Origin: an uncultured Gammaproteobacteria bacterium
GTDB taxonomy: Bacteria; Patescibacteriota; Microgenomatia; UBA12405
NCBI GenBank assembly: GCA_964432085.1
Contig: CAYSME010000001.1
Location: 1 to 48,026 of the forward strand
Reading direction: 5' to 3'
DNA length: 48,026 bases
Shown: positions 42,324 through 48,026 of the stretch, piece after piece
How positions within the stretch are numbered: position 1 is the first letter of the stretch
Layout: the number at the start of each line of letters is the position of its first letter
Notes under the pieces: generated by a model
Seen by the model: only the letters and a program-made list of their open reading frames with translations
Told to the model about the DNA's origin: nothing
The model's database searches: none
Position numbers and translations under genes: made by a program

Positions 42324-45140
42324 ATGCCTAAATTCAAGAATATTCCAAATAATGTTAACTTTTCCGCTCTTGAGGAAGAGATTACTTCATTTTGGAAAGA
42401 GAATAAAATTTTTGAAAAATCAGTCGATCAAAGACCGGACGATAATGCCTACACTTTCTACGACGGTCCTCCATTCATAACCGGCCTTCCTCATCACGGA
42501 CATTTATTATCCAGCATCGCCAAAGATATCATCCCTCGTTATCAAACCATGAAAGGAAAAAAAGTTAAACGTGTTTGGGGTTGGGATTGCCATGGTCTTC
42601 CTGCCGAAAACAAAGTTGAAGAAAAACTTGGTTTAAAATCTAAAAAAGACATTGAAGCTCTTGGTATTAAAAAATATATTGATGAATGTTATGCTTATGT
42701 TCAAAACGTTTCTCAAGAATGGCCCTGGTACATTGATCATATCGGCCGTTGGGTAGATTACGAACACGCTTATAAAACTATGGATCTAAATTTTATGGAA
42801 AGCGTCATGTGGACTTTTTCCGAAATTTACAAAAAAGGATTAATTTATAAAGGCCGTCGAATTTCTCTTTATTGTCCTCGTTGTTCCACTCCGCTTTCTA
42901 ATTTCGAAATCGCCATGGATAATTCTTACAAAGATGTTGAAGATCCAGCCATTTCCATTAAATTTAAGTTAAAAGACCGAAACGCTTATATTTTGGCTTG
43001 GACCACCACTCCCTGGACTTTGGCCGGCAACTTAGCTCTTGCTGTTAATAAAGACGAAATTTACACCGAAATTAAGGTAAATAATGAAAACATTATTTTA
43101 GCTAAAGCCAGACTTGAAGCAGTTTTAGGTGATATAAAATATGAAACCGTTAAAGAATTCAAAGGCCAAGAGTTAATCAATCTTTCTTATGAACCACTTT
43201 ATAATTTTTTTGAAGTCACCGAAAGAGATTATAAAATTTACCATGCCGACTTTGTCTCCATGGCCGATGGCACCGGAGTTGTTCATGTTGCCCCGGGTTT
43301 TGGTGAAGATGATTCTAAATTAGGCAAAGAAAACAATTTATCTATCATTGATCACGTTGACGATGAAGGAAAAATAATTGATAAAGTCACTCCTTTCGCC
43401 GGACTTTTCGTTAAAAAAGCCGATCCTTTAGTCATAGAAGATCTAAAATCCAGAAAGTTACTTTTTAAACAAGATTTAATTACTCATAGTTATCCTTTTT
43501 GTCATCGTTGTGCCACTCCTTTAATTTATAAATCCCAAACCGCCTGGTATCTTAATGTTCAATCCATAAAAGATGGAATGAGAACCACTAATCAAAAAAT
43601 TAATTGGATTCCAGATCATATCAAAGATGGCCGTTTTGGGCAGGGGATTGAAACCGCTCCAGATTGGTGCCTTTCCCGTTCTCGCTATTGGGCTTCTCCG
43701 ATTCCAGTCTGGGAATGTGATTGTGGTGAAATTTATGTTCCAGAATCTATCGCCGATTTAGAAAAAAGATCCGGCAAAAAAATAACCGATCTTCATAAAC
43801 CGGAAATAGACGAAGTCACTATTAAATGTAATAAATGCGGCAAAGAAGTTCATCGAGTTCCTGAAGTGTTAGATGGTTGGTTTGAATCCGGGGCCATGCC
43901 CTATGGTGAACGTCATTATCCATTCGAAAACAAAGAACAGTTTGAAAAAGAATTCCCGGCTGATTATATCGTTGAATATATTGGTCAAACTCGTGGTTGG
44001 TTTTATACTCTTCATGTTTTATCTAATGCCCTTTTTCAATCAGAAAGTTTCAAAAATTGCGTTGTTACCGGAACTATTATGGGAACCGACGGCCGCAAGA
44101 TGAGTAAACTTTTTAAAAATTATCCTGATCCAAAAGTAGTTTTACAAAAATATGGCGGAGAAGCCATGCGTCTTTACCTAATGAGTGGCGTCATCATGGT
44201 TGGAGAAAACATGAACATGAATGAAAAAGAAATTGAAGACAAAGTAAAATTTGTCCTATTACCTCTTTGGAATTGTTTTAAATATCTCACTACCTATGCT
44301 CAAATGCACAATTGGACTCCGGATTTAAAAGTTGAAAACTCAACTAATATTCTTGATCAATGGATAATCACCAAAACAAATCAACTTACCAAAGAATTTT
44401 CCCAAGAATTGGATAAATATATTATTCCTAATGCAGTTAAATTAATAATTCCCTATATCGAAGATTTATCTCGCTGGTATATTCGTCAATCCAGAGATCG
44501 TTTTGTTAATGGTGACCAAGAAGCCCTTCAAACTTTATGGCAAGTCTTAGTTCAATTCACTAAAACCACAGCTCCATTGATTCCTTTTATTACTGAATAT
44601 TTTTGGCAAAACCTGGTTTTACCATTCAATGGTAATGCCAAAGAATCAGTTCATCTTGATTTTTATCCAAAAGTTGAAGAAATAAATCAAAAACTCCTAA
44701 ACGATATGTTAATCGTTCGTGAAATTTGTGAGCAGGGAAACATGGTCAGAAAAACTCAAAATATTAGCACCAGGCAACCCCTTTCTAAAGCTGTTATTTC
44801 TTCATCTAAAAAACTTAATTTAAATACAGATTTAATTGATATCATCAAAAATGAACTCAATGTTAAAGAAATAGAAACAATCAAAAGTAATGATAATCTA
44901 ACTGTTAATCTTGATACTGATATTACTCCAGAATTAAAAGCCGAAGGTGACGCTCGTACTTTAATTCGTGATATTCAAAGTCTTCGCAAAGAAAAACAAT
45001 TAGAATTAAAAGATAAAATTAAAATTTTTGCTCCCAAATGGCCAGAATCTTTTGAAAAAGAAATATTATCAAAAACCTTAGGAGTTAGTATTGAAAAATC
45101 AGATCATGTCGAAATCACTTTGGTTGCCAACACTAATTAG
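42324..45140 (+). CDS. ileS: isoleucine--tRNA ligase, type 2 (eukaryote-like) pattern
   Basis: FYDGPPFITGLPHHGHLL (HIGH region of the type-2 style), WDCHGLP, a CxxC ... CxC ... CxxC zinc knuckle, and KMSKL. Confidence 0.95.
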   Translation: MPKFKNIPNNVNFSALEEEITSFWKENKIFEKSVDQRPDDNAYTFYDGPPFITGLPHHGHLLSSIAKDIIPRYQTMKGKKVKRVWGWDCHGLPAENKVEEKLGLKSKKDIEALGIKKYIDECYAYVQNVSQEWPWYIDHIGRWVDYEHAYKTMDLNFMESVMWTFSEIYKKGLIYKGRRISLYCPRCSTPLSNFEIAMDNSYKDVEDPAISIKFKLKDRNAYILAWTTTPWTLAGNLALAVNKDEIYTEIKVNNENIILAKARLEAVLGDIKYETVKEFKGQELINLSYEPLYNFFEVTERDYKIYHADFVSMADGTGVVHVAPGFGEDDSKLGKENNLSIIDHVDDEGKIIDKVTPFAGLFVKKADPLVIEDLKSRKLLFKQDLITHSYPFCHRCATPLIYKSQTAWYLNVQSIKDGMRTTNQKINWIPDHIKDGRFGQGIETAPDWCLSRSRYWASPIPVWECDCGEIYVPESIADLEKRSGKKITDLHKPEIDEVTIKCNKCGKEVHRVPEVLDGWFESGAMPYGERHYPFENKEQFEKEFPADYIVEYIGQTRGWFYTLHVLSNALFQSESFKNCVVTGTIMGTDGRKMSKLFKNYPDPKVVLQKYGGEAMRLYLMSGVIMVGENMNMNEKEIEDKVKFVLLPLWNCFKYLTTYAQMHNWTPDLKVENSTNILDQWIITKTNQLTKEFSQELDKYIIPNAVKLIIPYIEDLSRWYIRQSRDRFVNGDQEALQTLWQVLVQFTKTTAPLIPFITEYFWQNLVLPFNGNAKESVHLDFYPKVEEINQKLLNDMLIVREICEQGNMVRKTQNISTRQPLSKAVISSSKKLNLNTDLIDIIKNELNVKEIETIKSNDNLTVNLDTDITPELKAEGDARTLIRDIQSLRKEKQLELKDKIKIFAPKWPESFEKEILSKTLGVSIEKSDHVEITLVANTN

Positions 45141-46101
45141 TTTAATTGTCCTTTTTTCAATTAACATTTTAATGGTTAGTTCTGTTGCTCCGAATTTAGT
45201 CTTAAAACAACTAATAGCCTGGATTTTAGGATTAATTTTATTTTTCATTGGTAAACAAATAAATTTAAAACAATTAAACTCCTATAAATGGCCAATATTT
45301 ATAACTTGTTGTCTTCTTTTGTTTCTTCCTATTGCTTTAAACAGCATCACTCGTGGTTCTCGCCGTTGGCTTTATATTGGAGGACAAACCATCCAACCAT
45401 CAGAATTTGTTAAACCTTGGCTTATGTCATTTTTAGCCAATACTAATATTCCAATTCTTCACGCCATTCCAGTAGCCATAATCATGGCTCAACCGGATCT
45501 TGGTAGTGCCATTTCTGTTTTTTTTCTAATTATTCCGGTTATTTTATACAACAAAAAACTACTTAAAATCTCAATTCTTGCCAGTATATTTTTTGTATTA
45601 ATTTCTCCTTTGGCTTATAAATATGTCCTTAAAGATTATCAACAAAACAGGATTAATACTTTCCTAAATCCTAAAGACGACCCACTAGGGGAAGGTTACA
45701 ATGTGATTCAATCACAAATCGCTATTGGCTCTGGTGGTTTTTTTGGTAAAGGTTACAAAAAGGGAACCCAAGGACAATTATTATTTTTACCCGAAAAACA
45801 CACCGATTTTATGTTTGCCACCACTGCTGAAGAGTTAGGTTTTGTTGGTATTGTAATTATTTTATTTGCTTATTATTTATTAATCGGCACCCTTTTCAAT
45901 AAAGCTTTTTCCACCAAAAATCGTCCTCTTTTTATCTTCACTTTGGGAATTGCTATTCAAATTTGGATGCAGACTTTTGTAAACATTGGTATGAACATTG
46001 GTCTTCTTCCGGTAACCGGCATTCCTCTCCCTTTTCTTTCAGTTGGTGGATCGTCCCTTATGGCTCTCCTTTTTTCTCTTGGAATTGTCTATTCTTCCTA
46101 A
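45106..46101 (+). CDS. rodA: SEDS-family protein RodA-like
   Basis: GSRRWLYIGGQTIQPSEFVK, HTDFMFATTAEELGFVG and PVTGIPLPFLSVGGSS. ATG 45106 is preferred over TTG 45091. Confidence 0.8.
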   Translation: MSKSLWLPTLISLIVLFSINILMVSSVAPNLVLKQLIAWILGLILFFIGKQINLKQLNSYKWPIFITCCLLLFLPIALNSITRGSRRWLYIGGQTIQPSEFVKPWLMSFLANTNIPILHAIPVAIIMAQPDLGSAISVFFLIIPVILYNKKLLKISILASIFFVLISPLAYKYVLKDYQQNRINTFLNPKDDPLGEGYNVIQSQIAIGSGGFFGKGYKKGTQGQLLFLPEKHTDFMFATTAEELGFVGIVIILFAYYLLIGTLFNKAFSTKNRPLFIFTLGIAIQIWMQTFVNIGMNIGLLPVTGIPLPFLSVGGSSLMALLFSLGIVYSS

Positions 46102-46112
46102 GAATCTTAACC

Positions 46113-46140
46113 TTGCCAAGTTCATTTCCTATGTTATAAT
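46113..46140 (+). promoter_or_regulatory. sigma70-type promoter of rplU-rpmA (extended -10)
   Basis: TTGCCA-16 nt-TATAAT with TGT immediately upstream of the -10. Only 8 nt separate the -10 from the rplU ATG, and there is no SD. Confidence 0.55.
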
Positions 46141-46148
46141 TCTCAAGT

Positions 46149-46463
46149 ATGAAATACGCCGTTATTGCCATCTCTGGCACCCAACATCAAATCGAAGAAA
46201 ATCAAAAAATTATTGTTGATAATTTAAATCTTAAAGAAGAAGAGAAATCTTCAACTGATCAAGTTTTATTAACCGTCAATGAAGATAAAGTTACAGTTGG
46301 TACTCCAACTGTCAAAGGTGCTTCTGTCGAATTCAAAGTTTTAAAAAATTTCCAAGGCGATAAGCTTAAAGTTTTTAAATATAAATCAAAATCTCGCTAC
46401 CGTAAAACTACTGGTTTTAGGCCGAAGTTAACAGAAATCCAAATTACTAAAATTAATTTCTAA
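46149..46463 (+). CDS. rplU: 50S ribosomal protein L21
   Basis: MKYAVIAISGTQHQIEE ... KVFKYKSKSRYRKTTGFRP. Confidence 0.9.
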   Translation: MKYAVIAISGTQHQIEENQKIIVDNLNLKEEEKSSTDQVLLTVNEDKVTVGTPTVKGASVEFKVLKNFQGDKLKVFKYKSKSRYRKTTGFRPKLTEIQITKINF

Positions 46464-46470
46464 TTAGAAT

Positions 46471-46722
46471 ATGTCACATAAAAAAACACAAGGTAAAACA
46501 AACCAAAAAGCTAACCGTCCCGGTCAAAGAAGGGGTGTGAAAAAATTTGGCAGCCAAAAAATTAATGTTGGCGAAATCATAGTTCGTCAAGTCGGTTCCA
46601 GTTTCCACGCCGGAAAAGGAGTCAAAACTGGTAAAGATTTTACCCTTTACGCTATTAAACCAGGAGTCGTTAAATTTTTCAAAAAGTTCGGCAAAAACAT
46701 CGTTTCCGTCATCAAAGGATAA
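46471..46722 (+). CDS. rpmA: 50S ribosomal protein L27
   Basis: MSHKKTQGKT ... GVKKFGSQKINVGEIIVRQVGSSFHAGKGVKTGKDFTLYA. No Prp-type N-terminal extension. Confidence 0.92.
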   Translation: MSHKKTQGKTNQKANRPGQRRGVKKFGSQKINVGEIIVRQVGSSFHAGKGVKTGKDFTLYAIKPGVVKFFKKFGKNIVSVIKG

Positions 46723-46788
46723 GATTGATTTAGTTTGAATCACTTTTGGATACTTTTTTCACAAATGTTTTCATAGTAATCTTCTACT

Positions 46789-47628
46789 ATGATGAAACAG
46801 GTAACTCAAATCCCAACTAATCAATTAGAACCAAACCCACTTCAGCCTCGAGGAATTATCAACCAGGAATCCATTGCTGAGTTAATCGAGTCTATTAAAG
46901 AGCATGGCATACTAGAACCTCTTATAGTCGCCAAAACACCAGCCGGATACCAAATAATTGCCGGAGAAAGGCGCTGGAGAGCCGCCAGAATTCTCAAATT
47001 AGAATACGTCCCTGCTATTATCAAAGAAACTAACCCTCAGCAAATGTTAGAAATGGCCATTGTTGAAAATGTTCAAAGAAAAGATCTAAATCCAATGGAG
47101 CGAGCCAAGGCTTTTCTAAGACTCAAAGAAGAATTTAACTTTGATAACAACCAGATTGCCAAAAAAGTAAGTAAAAGCGTTCCTTATGTTATTAACTGTC
47201 TTAAATTATTAACTCTCCCTGACGCTGTTAAAGATGGACTTTTATCCGGCTTAATCACCGAAGGTCACGCCCGGGCTTTATCTGGAATAGGGGACACTCG
47301 ATTAATGATAGAGGCCTATAAAATCATTTTAAAAGAAAAAGCTTCAGTCCGTCGTGCCGAAGATATCGCCAGAAGAATGAGAAAAAAAATAGAAGAAGGA
47401 GATGTCCCCATCACTAAAGAAAATTTACCACAATTTTTGAAATCCAAAATTGATAATATCAGCCAAGATTTACAGTCGATTTTTAACAAAAAAACAACCT
47501 CTGTTAAAATTGTTCAAACCAATATCTTAACCAAAGTAACATTTCAGTTTAAAGGACCGATAGACCAAAGATTCGACGAGTTGAGCAATCTCTATAAACA
47601 AATTTGTAAAAAAGAACTACAAAATTAA
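46789..47628 (+). CDS. parB: ParB/Spo0J-family partition protein
   Basis: NPLQPRG, EPLIV and IIAGERRWRAA, plus the HTH region NQIAKKVSKSVPYVINCLKLL. No parA lies adjacent. Confidence 0.88.
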   Translation: MMKQVTQIPTNQLEPNPLQPRGIINQESIAELIESIKEHGILEPLIVAKTPAGYQIIAGERRWRAARILKLEYVPAIIKETNPQQMLEMAIVENVQRKDLNPMERAKAFLRLKEEFNFDNNQIAKKVSKSVPYVINCLKLLTLPDAVKDGLLSGLITEGHARALSGIGDTRLMIEAYKIILKEKASVRRAEDIARRMRKKIEEGDVPITKENLPQFLKSKIDNISQDLQSIFNKKTTSVKIVQTNILTKVTFQFKGPIDQRFDELSNLYKQICKKELQN

Positions 47629-48026
47629 AAACTAACTTTTGGTACCAATCCAACCGATTTTAATGGCCAATATTTCAAAAACGCCTTTCCTACAATTAAA
47701 TCTTTTTTGATTGGTCCAAAGGCACGTCCATCTCTGGAGTGTTCTCTATTATCACCAAAACACAAATATTGACCCTCTGGAACCGTTAGTTCTTCTCCTT
47801 CTTTCATATAATCCTCTTCTTCCGTCACCACCCCATCAGGCAAAAACGTTTGATCGAGCAACTCTCCATTTAAATAAACCTGTCCATTTTTTATCATTAC
47901 TTTATCGCCCGGAACTCCAATTATTCTTTTAATATATTCACATTCTTCTGCCGCACAAGATTCAGTTGATGGTGCTTTAAAAACGACCACATCTCCATGT
48001 TTAGGTTCATTAAAATAGTAAGATAT
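47625..48026 (-). CDS. lepB: signal peptidase I (partial; N-terminus beyond window end)
   Basis: The frame stays open to the window edge (ISYYFNEPKHGDVVVFKAP). GDNREHSRDGRAFGPI box E motif. Its stop overlaps the parB stop (ttaa). Confidence 0.8.
   Translation of the reverse strand: MSYYFNEPKHGDVVVFKAPSTESCAAEECEYIKRIIGVPGDKVMIKNGQVYLNGELLDQTFLPDGVVTEEEDYMKEGEELTVPEGQYLCFGDNREHSRDGRAFGPIKKDLIVGKAFLKYWPLKSVGLVPKVSF

Noticed and set aside
46723-46788. parS site near parB.
   Set aside because: The only resemblance is TTTCAC...TGTTTTCA. There is no palindrome matching TGTTNCACGTGAAACA here or elsewhere that I could see.
1-48026. Alternative genetic code (UGA recoding, as in Gracilibacteria/Absconditabacteria).
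   Set aside because: TGA terminates well-supported genes at the expected lengths, for example the GT2 at 7787-7789 and several ATGA start/stop overlaps. No conserved protein appears truncated at an in-frame TGA.

Overview
Visibly AT-rich, gene-dense fragment that reads like a Patescibacteria/CPR-type genome. It uses the standard genetic code: TGA, TAA and TAG all end well-supported genes. Intergenic gaps are tiny and many genes overlap by 1-4 nt at start/stop. Gene order: (1) a four-helix-bundle gene. (2) A methyl-cycle trio, metK / PfkB kinase / ahcY, with a structured, terminator-containing metK leader. (3) A roughly 17 kb glycan-assembly locus with 6 GT4, 3 GT2, a hexapeptide acetyltransferase, a Wzy/O-antigen-ligase-like protein, a sugar-1-P nucleotidyltransferase, a priming phosphoglycosyl transferase, DUF4012, DUF192, and an inserted class II Fic gene. 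(4) recO, glyQS and a lipoprotein. (5) A dcw cluster: rsmH-ftsL-ftsI-murE-[ATE_C/Bpt-like]-[Mpl-like ligase]-murA-mraY-[NlpC/P60-like]-<LysW-like small ORF, minus strand>-[ThrC-like PLP enzyme]-[ATP-grasp]-ftsW-murG-ftsQ-like-ftsA-ftsZ. (6) A RelE/Phd toxin-antitoxin pair. (7) A small acidic membrane ORF plus a long hairpin. (8) ileS, rodA, rplU, rpmA, parB and a partial lepB. The four most interesting items: (a) the non-canonical genes inside the dcw cluster, especially an untracked LysW-like zinc-ribbon ORF divergent from a PLP enzyme + ATP-grasp pair, while murD, murF, murB and ddl are not in the cluster; (b) a family of GC-rich double-hairpin mini-elements sitting in frame inside glycosyltransferase genes, including an exact 50-bp duplicate within one gene; (c) a riboswitch-like attenuator in the metK leader; (d) TATAAT boxes a few nt from start codons, implying leaderless or near-leaderless operon heads. 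All family assignments come from motif recognition by eye; no searches were run.
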